This document shows positions 39,643 through 51,940 of a DNA stretch of 64,000 bases, in pieces. Made by a program: the position numbers and the translations under genes. The notes under the pieces were generated by a model. That model was given only the letters and a program-made list of their open reading frames with translations, was not told the origin of the DNA and did no database searches. The stretch covers positions 62,001 through 126,000 of the forward strand of contig NC_134027.1 of assembly GCF_964204645.1 (NCBI RefSeq). Direction: 5' to 3'. This DNA is from Tubulanus polymorphus. Lineage: Eukaryota; Animalia; Nemertea. Numbering within the stretch: the stretch's first letter is position 1; each line of letters opens with the position of its first letter.

Positions 39643-40505
39643 GAAAGCTGGTCCTGGTCTATTAGAATAAAGAATCCCTCGATAAATCGAAGCCGAATGA
39701 AATAATTGACGAATATGGAATAAAAGGTGATAATTCTCGTAGTGATAATAGTATTATCAGCGCTGAGAGATGAGCGCGAGACTTGATGCTTTTATAGTTA
39801 TGATTAGCTCTGAGCGCCATCAAAGACTGTGAACTCGACACAGCGCAGTGCGCGCCGGGTGAGAGGGTAAACAGCGCCGACCTTTTCGCAGATCAAAGCT
39901 TAAACGATATTCCTTCTCCGTCGTAAAGAGAATGAATTTAATGACAATTAATAATAGACTATAATCAGTTGGGACTAGTCGAGCTAAAGACACTGTTTCA
40001 TACATGAACTACATCAAAGCCCGATGTCAATTATGATGCAATGAGATTTTTGCATATTCATGCATAGCCAGACGTTAGTTGAAATTGACTTCAGAGGGCT
40101 GCGTTAATGCGTTCGCTAGAAAAAAACCGTTTCCTCAGGCAAAAACATTATTCCGCGTGTAATCCGACTGACTGACTGAATGACTGACTGTGTCGGGGAA
40201 AAATACACACAATTCTGTCAACAGCCACGTAATACTCGACTCGGAATCAAAGGTGACAAAAACATCGTTTTAAATCATAGTAAAATACGAATAATTCTAT
40301 GGGGAAAACCCATTCACACCTTCCGAAATAACAACCGATTGCCAGGGTAAGTTTCATCCTCCCGGGGTGTGAGCAGCACAATAAACACATTTCTATCTAA
40401 GTAAAAATACCTATTGGCTTAAAGTTTTCACTTTTCAACCCTTTTAGCGGAATCTGTGTCCAATATATTCTAATTTAAGTTGGACTTGAATTACATATTC
40501 GTAAT

Positions 40506-40701
40506 ATCGCCACCTAGCGAGCAGAATTGTAGAACCCCACTTACCGGAGTCGGCTGTCCAGTGCATTTTACGCTGATCTTAACGATTATGAAGCCTATAA
40601 GATAAGATCAGAAAGGATGATATAAAACATAGCTTAATTTCTCCTGACAATGGTACAGTAGCGCCACCTAGTGAGTGGGATATTGCAGAACGTCACTTGC
40701 C
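40506..40701 (-). promoter_or_regulatory. pair of CTCF-like motifs in a duplicated ~40-bp unit
   Basis: Minus strand TCGCTAGGTGGCGAT (about 40506-40520) and TCACTAGGTGGCGCTA (about 40659-40674). Confidence 0.55.
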
Positions 40702-41908
40702 AGTTACTGTTTTGCGTATAAACGGTAGTATTAGGTGTCTGGCTGCTGCAGCCCTCCAGGGTGAATGAGTCGATACGGAATATTCTAATGGTAATCAATA
40801 GAGGCCAATTTGTACGAGTTATTCACAGTCGAATGCACTGATTGTGAATTAGAGAAATGGAGGTTTTTCTGATTCACGTGTTATAACAAAATGCTGTAGC
40901 AGGCCGCAGACCAGATCGATTACTATATGAACCCTGAATCCAGTTTTATACAATCGTCGAAACTAAAGCTTATTTCTGGAGTCAGTTGCTAACAATTAAA
41001 TAGCCAATCTAACAACTCAAGACTGATGTGGCCCAGGATTCAGAGACATGTTCCCCTACAGTCTTTGAGTTTGCTCAAGGTATGACTTATAAAATATATC
41101 ACACGTGCTTAAAGTTAATCTAACCATGACTTAAGTCCAAAAATGGTATTTAATCATAAGACTGGTCTTAAGAGGTCCAATGACAGTTTTAAACTTAAGC
41201 CATGACTATGCACCTGATCCCTGGAGTCTTAGTTAGAGACATTTTAGTTTAGCTAATCTCGACTCAAAACCTACAAAGACCCGGTGGGTAAGGAGGGCAT
41301 AGCGTTTCAAGTCCGTTAATTTCATAATCCATGGTTAGGATAATGACCAAGTTTAGGTTATTCTTCAACCGATTTATCCGATTTAGAGACTCTGAGCACA
41401 AGATGGTAAAATTCCTAATACGGTTATTTTCATCTTTACGGGAAACAATCGAAACATGAACGAATGAAAAACTGACAAATTGGAAAACAAAATACTCGTA
41501 AAAGTGTTAATTAGGCAGAGACTGACCGATGGTCAAATGGTCATTGGTGCCAAGACTAGCACCATCTGTATAGCGAGCTGGTTATTACGCGCTATGGGAG
41601 ATATTCATCATCGATAATATCTTCATCCAGCTGACCATATGGTCAGTTGTCCACTCGAGACAACAACTGACCAGTGTCCGGTGTCTTTGTGCGCACGTCT
41701 CGGCGGTATATCGGTGAGGCTCTAATGGTTTTCAAGATGACACTCAACGCGTTAGTGTAAAAAGCAGCGGCTCGAGGCCTCGGTTCGTCTCGAGGCGTCG
41801 GTTCTTCTTCTAAAAGAAAAACATCAATTTTCGAAGACGCTGTGCTTTTCGCAAACAGATAAATGTGTGAGGGGAGATTGATCAATTACAGTTACACTCA
41901 GATATCCA

Positions 41909-42430
41909 TCTTTTCCTCTCCTCTCCCTCTCTCTCCCTCTCTCTCTCTCCTTCTCCCTCTATCTCTCCATTTCCCTCTTTCCCTCTCTCCATCTCCCTCT
42001 CTCTCTCCCTCTCCCTCTCTCTCCCCATTTCCTTCTCTCCCTCTATCTCTGCATTTCCCTCTCCCCTCTCTCTCCCTCTCCCTCTCTCTCCCCATTTCCC
42101 TCTCTCCCTCTATCTCTGCATTTCCCTCTCCCCCTATCTCTCTCCCTCTCCCTCTCTCTCCCCATTTCCCTTTCTCTCCCTCTCTCTCTCTCTCCCTCCC
42201 TCTCTCCTTTCTTCTCCATCCCTCTACTTTCTCTGTCTCCTCTCTCAAATTCGTCTCTACCTCTCTCTTACCTTTCTCGCCTCTCTCATTAACCTCTTCC
42301 TCCTCTCTTAACCTCTCCTCCATCCCTCTCCCTCTCTCTCCTCTCTCTCTATATTCCTCTCCTTTTCCCTCCCCTCTCACTCCCCTCTCTCTCCCCTCCC
42401 CCTCTCACCACCCCTCTCATCCCTCTTTCT
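41909..42430. repeat. CT-rich simple repeat
   Basis: Low-complexity pyrimidine tract. Confidence 0.95.
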
Positions 42431-42884
42431 GATGACTCTGATCACGCGTCAGTTGAAATGATTTAACCTTATTATCTTCTGTTAATTAGAAGCTGAAGAT
42501 GTTGACCGGAAACCTTATGTAAACCATCGCATTATCACATATAATAACTGCATCAGCTATCCAGCATCCATCACATCTCCATCCTCTCAACACTCACGCT
42601 GTAGCTGTAATATTGAATCTGAGTTTGTAATTATGTATAAGAGCGTGAATGCAGCACGGTCTCAGGCTATAATTAGTTAGACTCTTCCGTCATTGGAATT
42701 TTGCAAATATATAACTGCGTGAATTGATGTGCACTTATGTCGCGCAGGGAAAAGACGGCCAGATATTTTCACTGGCAGTTTATTTTGACGCGAATCTTCT
42801 TCAATGAGTCTTCAGAATGATCCCGATCTCAAAGCTATGAGCCATTTTCACTACTGTTTTCAAAACTGATAGCGATGAGTATAG

Positions 42885-43122
42885 AGTGACCACACCTGAC
42901 TGGTCACCGGGACCACACCTGACTGGTCACCAGTTACCACACCTGACTGGTCACCAGTTACCACACCTGACTGGTCACCGGTCACCACACCTGACTGGTC
43001 ACCGGTCACCACACCTGACTGGTCACCGGTCACCACACCTGACTGGTCACCGGTCACCACACCTGACTGGTCACCAGTTACCACACCTGACTGGTCACCA
43101 GTTACCACACCTGACTGGTCAC
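42885..43122 (+). repeat. 24-bp minisatellite accacacctgactggtcacc(agtt/ggtc), about 10 units
   Basis: 24-nt period, 8-aa repeat in ORF track. Confidence 0.95.
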
Positions 43123-43167
43123 GCGTCACCAGACACTCCAGGAAACTAACAACCTTTACGTCACTAC

Positions 43168-43240
43168 TGGTCTATGGTCTCGTGGTTAGCGTGCTAGACC
43201 TGTACGCTGCGGGTTGCAGGTTCGAGCCCAGCTCCAGTCG
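43168..43240 (+). mobile_element. tRNA-derived SINE-like head
   Basis: A box TGGTCTCGTGG (43175-43185) and B box GGTTCGAGCCC (43219-43229). Cloverleaf is degenerate. Confidence 0.55.
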
Positions 43241-43377
43241 TTCCCGACCCGGGTTGGCAGGAAGTGTAGCTTGGCCTAATGTTCACATTTGTTTGACCTA
43301 TTTCTGCGATACCTTTTTCATGGAAATTGTTGCGTTATTTTTTAGTAAAAGAACTCGGGTCCACTACTTCGTGTAGC

Positions 43378-43395
43378 TGTACCTAGGGGGCGCTA
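43378..43395 (+). promoter_or_regulatory. CTCF-like motif
   Basis: TGTACCTAGGGGGCGCTA. Confidence 0.45.
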
Positions 43396-45404
43396 TCTAT
43401 TGCACTAGGAGTTTCTATAATCGGCGATGATACGAGGATGATACAATAGATTCGTGAAGCTCGGATGATTCGCGGTCGAAGGGTTAATGATTATGATGTA
43501 ACAGTTTACACGGATATCTGAAGTATTTCACACTATAAACCCCTGGTGAGGTGATATAGCCCGGAGCGGTACCGCAGATCGGATCAATCAGTGTGGCGGT
43601 GATACGTGTGACCAGTGAATGGAGAATGTCGTCTAGTCTCAGGTTGTTATCCGTATCGGTCAAACTGATCGTAGGTTAATATAACATTATACTCATAAGC
43701 CGATTAAACCTCGTCATGTCACTCAGCTCTGAGTATTACTATATATACTTCATTGGAAAACAGAGGCTTGGGGCAGTGATGGTTTCACATCTAGGACCTG
43801 TCTATCACGCTACCTTAGTTCTACGGCCCAATCTGAGAACTTGAGACCGGTTTTGAGATTTAGGACTAATACTGGACTTAATTCACTTCTTCAAAATCTT
43901 CAAATTTACAGATATGTACTTCTCGACTAAAAATAAAGAACATATTCTTGTCACAATAAGTGTATGATATACAAATTGTACTCCTTAACAAGAAAATTAG
44001 AATCCGTTACAAAGTCCCGTCACATTCAACTCCAAACCCGACGCACGACTTTAAACACATACATCTTACAAAATAACCTTCGTCTTTTAGATTTCGGTTA
44101 AAATGAGAAAATCGTCATTTACTCTGCGTTAATAATTCATCATCGAACGCGATGTTTTCTGCGCTATTTCTAAAGATGAGGCGCCGAACCGTGACGCGTC
44201 ACGATCAACTTCCTTTTACTTACAATTCATTTCTAAAAGTGAAACGAGACCCGAATTTAAAAATATCACTTCAAACAACGTGGACTCGATTTCACAGTCC
44301 TTTCAGTTTATACATTGGAAGAAGTCACTCGGAATCACAGACTGAATTCAGTTATAAGTATAGTCATTTCTAAAATCTCGATTTATTAGATTAGCCAACT
44401 GACGAAATTAACCCCAATTAGTCGTTTGCCAGTTTAGACTGTTTGGAAGATCGTTTGAATGAACCGGGACCGAAATTTCCAATTATGTAATTCGATTTAA
44501 ACAAAACATTCGACTTCAAAATTCGATTTCAAAATCAAACCCCCAGTTTCGCTCGGCGGGTATGGTGGGTTTTGGAAGGGACAATAAACCGAACAGTAAA
44601 TTCAGTTTCCACAATTGCGAGTTAACAATTTAACTCCACATTCAAACTATGTAGAACTAGGTCCTAACTTGAAAATTCATTTTTTGTCGACTTCTGATAA
44701 AGGTTTAAACCAATAGTTCTATAGCACTTAAAATAAACAATCTTTATATTTTTGAAATATTGTTTTTTGCCGGCCGTTCAACCGGAGATGACGTCACTAC
44801 TGACGGCCCGCGCAGGCGCGCTCGCTCAGTAAAGAAATCCTGTCGCCTAGAAATATAAAAGACAATCGTAAATAGTTACCGGTGGTGTGTGTAAGCCCTA
44901 TGGCTTATATCGTAAAACAAGAACGTCACTTTGTGTGTTAAACATGAATCCTGATGGTGCAATTAGATCCCGTCTTTGTTATATCAATCTACGTTAAATC
45001 GAATAATCTGTCAAAATATGAATTATAGTTCATTTTGTATGATGGCAATAACTAAGTGAATCAGCGGGAAATTACTATGCAATACACCGTCTCTTATTGC
45101 CATTACGACAATCATAAGTGTCAAATACGGTAAAGGAATACGATAGTTTATTGGCCATGGCAGTAATCTGAAGATAAAGTGATATGCAGCACCAGCATCA
45201 GCAGCAGTAGCAGCAGTTTGCTGCAGGGAGCTCACGCTGTTATTGATATGAAACATAATCAAAGCCCTCGGTCTTAAAGGGGTTGACATCAGTGTCTTAT
45301 GATGAGTTTTTAGAGCTAAGTTACACGCGATCGCGCGATGTTGTCAGGAAATACTGATTTCCAATATAACGATACTGTCGGCGTCCGTCTCTCCCAAAAT
45401 TATG

Positions 45405-45720
45405 AAGAATTAACTCTAATTCCCAACTGTGGATGTGGATCCTGAGTTCAGAGATTAATATCAATCACAACTGTGTGAGTGGATCCTGGTTCAGAGTTAA
45501 ATATCACTTTCAACTGTGGAACTGGATCCTGAGTTCACAGAGTTAACTCTAACTCACAACTGTGGAACTGGATCCTGAGTTCACAGATTTAACTCTAACC
45601 CTCAACTGTGGAACTGGATCCGGAGATTAGAGTTAACTCGAACTCACAACAGTGTGATCCAGTTCCACTGTTACTGGAGTTCACAGCGTTAACCCTCATA
45701 ACTAGATCTTGGTTAACTCT
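45405..45720 (+). repeat. 43-46-bp minisatellite built on the caactgtggaactggatcc core, about 6 units
   Basis: Core at about 45424, 45468, 45511, 45557 and 45603. Confidence 0.88.
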
Positions 45721-46194
45721 TTTAAGCAATCATAATTCATCCCTATTGTTGTTCCGTGGTGGTTTAAGGTGAATTCAAGTGCAGAAACTGACAAACAGCA
45801 ATAAGAATATCATCCGCGAATGAAGCTAATAACGACAGATATAAAATACAATCTAAATTCTACGAAGCGTTCTCTCAGATAACGGGAGCACGTTGCAACA
45901 TCCCTCCTCACTGATACAATAATCCCTTCCATTCTTATCAACCAAACTCATCTTCCTCATACATCTATCTGTTTTATGGTTATGGTGCGCCGTCGCGGTC
46001 ATAAATGCAATATTTACACTCGCGGCGTGTCATAATTCATATAACGATGGATCGACGTGGCTTACTGTAGCGGAAGGCTAAATGGCTATAAAGGAAAATA
46101 CCGCAGATCCCCAGCGATCAGACCCGAGTTATCCTTATGTAATTATAGGGGTTAGATCGGGTTTGAGATAAGCTACTTATGAAATTGAACGCGA

Positions 46195-46362
46195 CCGAGA
46201 TGAGAAAGCGCCGGGAACCGAGATGAGAGAACGCCGGGTACAGAGATGAGAGAACGCCGGGTACAGAGATGAGAGAACGCCGGGTACAGAGATGATAAAA
46301 CGCCGGGTACAGAGATGATAAAACGCCGGGTACAGAGATGATAAAACGCCGGGTACAGAGAT
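46195..46362. repeat. 23-bp minisatellite gagatga(gag/taa)aacgccgggtaca, about 7 units
   Basis: Direct reading. Confidence 0.93.
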
Positions 46363-46713
46363 ACCGCGACGACGGACATTTCTTAAATGCTACCTCATAT
46401 TACAATTATCTGTAAACCGTTTCGGAAATAGATTGATGAATTATTGAAGTTTTTCTTTTTATGCTAATACCGCTGCGTTCATGGTACGACACAATCGATG
46501 TTTATATCTGTTGTGTCAGATATCTATATTTGAAGCCAGCCCATGATGATTCCTGACTATAAGACAAAACTACACATAAATTATAAACTCATCTTTGTAA
46601 ATGAAGAAGGAAATGTCGTCTTTATATTATCATTGTATTCAATGATTAAATCGTTGATACAAATATATATATATGTCATAAATACTCCATGCCACCCACA
46701 GTCAGGCGGCCAT

Positions 46714-47557
46714 CACAGTCAGAGAAGGGGCCATCTTAACATTGACCCACAGTCAGAGAAGGGGCCATCTTAACATTGACCCACAGTCAGAGAAGGGGCC
46801 ATCTTAACATTGACCCACAGTCAGAGAAGGGGCCATCTTAACATTGACCCACAGTCAGAGAAGGGGCCATCTTAACATTGACCCACAGTCAGAGAAGGGA
46901 CCATCTTAACATTGACCCACAGTCAGAGAAGGGACCATCTTAACATTGACCCACAGTCAGAGAAGGGACCATCTTAACATTGACCCACAGTCAGAGAAGG
47001 GACCATCTTAACATTGACCCACAGTCAGAGAAGGGACCATCTTAACATTGACCCACAGTCAGAGAAGGGACCATCTTAACATTGACCCACAGTAAGAGAA
47101 GGGACCATCTTAACATTGACCTATAGTCAGAGAAGGGACCATCTTAACATTGACCCACAGTCAGAGAAGGGACCATCTTAACATTGACCCACAGTCAGAG
47201 AAGGGACCATCTTAACATTGACCCACAGTCAGAGAAGGGACCATCTTAACATTGACCCACAGTCAGAGAAGGGACCATCTTAACATTGACCTATAGTCAG
47301 AGAAGGGGCCATCTTAACATTGACCCACAGTCAGAGAAGGGGCCATCTTAACATTGACCCACAGTCAGAGAAGGGACCATCTTAACATTGACCCACAGTC
47401 AGAGAAGGGACCATCTTAACATTGACCTATAGTCAGAGAAGGGGCCATCTTAACATTGACCCACAGTCAGAGAAGGGGCCATCTTAACATTGACCCACAG
47501 TCAGAGAAGGGGCCATCTTAACATTGACCCACAGTCAGAGAAGGGGCCATCTTAACA
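46714..47557. repeat. 34-bp VNTR attgacccacagtcagagaaggg(g/a)ccatcttaac, about 25 units
   Basis: Exact 34-nt period with few variant positions. Confidence 0.98.
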
Positions 47558-49911
47558 CTAATATTCTTGGGTCCAGATTTACATGAAAGGTTAATCTCAA
47601 ATCGGTTATGTTACTCGATGTTTTCAATGAGGAAAAAATCTCTAAACGCTGAAGATGACAGATAGGATGAAGTCGAAACGTTGAATAAACTACTACTAGC
47701 TCAAGGAATCAATTCATCTATGTAATTTACATTCCCAGGGTTGGATTTTGTATCATCGTTACAAACACAGATAGTTTCATTATTGGTTTCCCACCTTGAT
47801 ATTCGCTGAAATTCATATCGATCGTTATAGAATTAATACCGAACGCTGAATTAAACAAGACTTTCAACCAATGAAGCGCAAATAAATGATAATCATTGAG
47901 ATCTTCTAGCCACAAGGAGGACGTATAAATGATGAAAAATGGCTTATAAGAAATGATAGTCGGTGATAGATCACGTGTCATGCACTCTCAATCGCGAGAT
48001 GCTCTTGATAATTATTTGTGGAGATGGATGAATATGATATCAGATTTATATTCAGTGGGCGGTGACTATAACAGATACCGCAGCAGCAGCAGCAGCAGCA
48101 TTAATATCAAATATTCATAACTATACATACAGCGACATCTGCTTTATAAAGCGGGAACTAATGTAACGAAATGACCAATCAGCGACCGATTCATCATAAA
48201 CAACATATTTGAATTAATTTGCTATGTTGGCTCTCCCCTAACTCTCCCTTTCCTTGTCTCCCCTCTCCCCTTTTGCTCTATACATCATCTCACTTCTCTT
48301 GGCTATTCTCCCCCCCCCCGCCCACCAGTCCTTTCACATCTACCCTCTCTCTTTCCTTCCCTCTTCTCTCATCTATCTCGTCTTCAACCCTCAAACTCTT
48401 GATACCTGTATTATCAAGAAGTTGACGAACATTATTTGATTCTATCTGCGCGCGGTTAAGAGGCCATAAATGTTCTACAGAAAGACACACAGAAAGAAGA
48501 GTGAGAGAGATGAGAGTGAAGAGAAGAGAGAGATGCTTTCGAGATCCACGCCGACTATGGAAATGCCCGATTTATCATTGCGGCGAAAGAACTGATGACA
48601 TATCTCAGTATGATAATCACTTTTAGCCATGTCACGGAAGTCATTTAGGTCACGTGATCAACGCGGCCTGGAATGGATATAGCCCGTATCGTGGAGGATA
48701 AATTACAGCATCTCATATGAGATGGCTGCATCGCTGTTAGATGGTCCATTATCGTCTGCTATCATATATCTACATTAGCGACTCACGCAAAAACGTCTTC
48801 GCTCAGAATGACCGTTAAGTTTGCGTCGCGCTGACATCATTTACTCTGCCTGTTTTTGATGATGAAAGAGAGACCGATATATGTCAACATCGACTGTCGA
48901 GGTTTTTAAATGAAAAATTACCGCAGCAGAAAACAGAAAACCGCGCTGAAAACAAGCGAGGACAACGTTCACCTATTATACAAGCATAAAACAGTTAGCT
49001 CGCTGAGAGGCTGTCTGTGTATTTCCGTCAATAACGACATCGTTCCGCACAACATGAAAAATGGGTTTGCTTAAAACAACACGAATCACTGCGAACACTA
49101 ATAAATTCTGTAGACAATTCTGGAGACATAAATAACTTAGTATTTTCTCGGTGTAAATGTGTTTTCTGTCTTTTTATTCCGATGTGTCTTATAATACCTG
49201 AGTAACATCCGACAGTAGCTGATAGTTCCCGCCACTAAATATATGTATTAGTATTCATTTGATAAACATTAAGGAATGCATCTTAAACACATCTATTTTT
49301 GTCTGACTGGTCATTTTCCTCGTGACAAAAAGACCGTTTTAAGACCAGTTTTTAAGACGATTCATTTTGATTAACACCCTATAAGTACACCAGTCTAAAC
49401 TCATTTTCGATCTATAACCGATCTAAGAACTTAACACCTTTGTTTTGACTATGGTCCGAAAATGCCGGCCCAAAGTAAAGGAACTTAAGAAATATAGATT
49501 TAGACATTAATCGCAAATGAACAAGAGGACCAGAGCCTTATTCGACAACTATGGACACTGAGAAACTGTGGAAACTGTGGAAACTGTGGAACTGTGATCA
49601 ACTGTAAAACTGTAAATTGTCTGCTAACTGGCGCGAAAGCGATGCCGAAAGCGGATATAGACAAAGTGCCGTAAAGCAGTCGGTTAATTTCACGTCGTAA
49701 TTATAACGGCATAAACTTACTTTTTAAACAATAAACGAAGACTGATGACTGATGTCTAAAGACTGAAGACTGATGGTTGTTTACATACACAGTTTGTTAA
49801 CGCGACGTCGTTCAATTGTGAATCTATCTGCAACGACGGTCTTTATTACACGTGAGTAAACTTTACTCAGTAACCGACGGTTATTAGTATAAGGTTTCAT
49901 CAGAATTGCCG

Positions 49912-50197
49912 CTCTCTCTCTCACCCTCTCTCCCTCTCTCCCTCTCTCCTCTCTCCCTCTCTCCCTCTCTCCCTCTCTCCCTCTCTCCCTCTCTCCCTCT
50001 CTCCCTCTCTCCCTCTCTCCCTCTCTCCCTCTCTCCCTCTCTCCCTCTCTCCTCTCTCCCTCTCTCCCTCTCTCCCTCTCTCCCTCTCTCCCTCTCTCCC
50101 TCTCTCCCTCTCTCCCTCTCTCCCTCTCTCCCTCTCTCCCTCCCTCCCTCCCTCCCTCTCTCCCTCTCTCCCTCTCTCTTCCTTCTCTCTTCCTCTC
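49912..50197. repeat. (CTCTCTCC)n simple repeat
   Basis: Direct reading. Confidence 0.95.
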
Positions 50198-50719
50198 GCC
50201 CTGTGCCACAGTTCAATATTGGAGTTTTACTGCGCCTGCGCTTTCCGCTAACATTTACCGACAACTGAAATTCTAGTGATTTAGTCATTTTTCCGCGTAG
50301 ACGATGAAGTTGAGAAGTTTATTTCTTCATACGGTTCACGTGAATTAATAGACAGTGAAATTGAAGCGATGCAGAGTAAGATTAGCACAGTTTCAGACTC
50401 GTAGCTTACAGCATTTGTCTGTTTCCTCCATCGCCCGCTCGAACTTGAGAGACTTGAGACAAAAAATGACAAACACGTGAGGTTATCTTATTTATAATAG
50501 ACGAGTGTTAGAAAACTATATAACTAAATACAAACAGAAAGCGCTTTTTCAATACGGATGATTAAAAGTTTCCTTGCTCTCAGAAAAAACAAATTTCAAA
50601 AATATAGCTGTATCTTTAGCCTTCAGCATATGTTATAAAAATGCCCCTCTTCTATTTCAATGACAAATGATTGAAAGATCTAGAGTCTCATCGCTATATA
50701 TTCTGGGTCAGTAAAGCTG

Positions 50720-51039
50720 AGAAAGTAGTGACATTTTGACTCAATTCTATGAGCCATTTCCAAAACTAAGAGAGTAGTGACATTTTGACTCAATTCTATG
50801 AGCCATTTCCAAAACTAAGAGAGTAGTGACATTTTGACTCAATTCTATGAGCCATTTCCAAAACTAAGAGAGTAGTGACATTTTGACTCAATTCTATGAG
50901 CCATTTCCAAAACTAAGAGAGTAGTGACATTTTGACTCAATTCTATGAGCCATTTCCAAAACTAAGAGAGTAGTGACATTTTGACTCAATTCTATGAGCC
51001 ATTTTCAAAACTAAGAGAGTAGTGACGTTTAGACTCAAC
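50720..51039. repeat. 49-bp minisatellite agagtagtgacattttgactcaattctatgagccatttccaaaactaag, about 6.5 units
   Basis: 49-nt period (50771, 50820, ...). Confidence 0.97.
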
Positions 51040-51388
51040 AGATTTAGTAGTATTTTTCAAATCATATTTTGTTCAGTTACATTGGCTGTAAACAATAAAG
51101 AACACCCTTGTGACCTGTTTCTGCATCAGTCAGAGGTCATTGAAATTTAATTTGACAGACACACAGCTGCAGGCAGGCAGGGCATGGGCACTGGTTGGGG
51201 CTGACAGCAGGGCAGATCTCCTCAATGCAATTGTGTCTGCAGTGGCCCACTTACCTCTCCCAAGTTGTGAAATATCATTCCCTGTACCTTCATCTGTTTT
51301 TCATCATCTTCTCATGTATACAGTTATAGACAGCATGGTCAATCAACACACACACACACAAACCAATTAACATCAATAACTAAGGCAA

Positions 51389-51436
51389 AGATGGAGATAG
51401 AGAGAGAGAGAGGAGAGATGGAGAGTGAGAGAGGGA

Positions 51437-51485
<49 letters not shown>

Positions 51486-51545
51486 GGAGGGAGGGAGGGA
51501 GGGAGGGAGGGAGGGAGGGAGGGAGGGAGGGAAGGAAGGGAGGAA

Positions 51546-51634
<89 letters not shown>

Positions 51635-51940
51635 AGAGAGGGAAGTGAGAGGCAGTGAGAGAGGGAAGTGAGGAAGCAGGAGGGAGAGAGAGAGAGAGAG
51701 AGAAAGGAGGGAGGAAGGAGAGGAAGGGAGGGAGGGAGGGAGGGAGGGAGGGAGGGAGGGAGGGAAGGGAAGGGGAGGGAGAGAGAAGGAGAGAGAGAGA
51801 AGGAGGGAGTGAGAGAGAGGGAGGGAGGGGAGGAGGGAGGGAGGAGAGAGAGGAGGAGGAAGGAAGAAGGAGGTGAGAGAGAGGGAGGGAGAGAGGAGGG
51901 AGGGAGGGAGAGAGGGAGGGAGGGAGAGAGAGAGGGAGGG
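51389..51940. repeat. (GA)n/(GGGA)n compound repeat
   Basis: Direct reading. Confidence 0.95.

Noticed and set aside
46714-47557. 34-bp repeat of CRISPR-like unit length
   Set aside because: Head-to-tail tandem repeat with no unique spacers.
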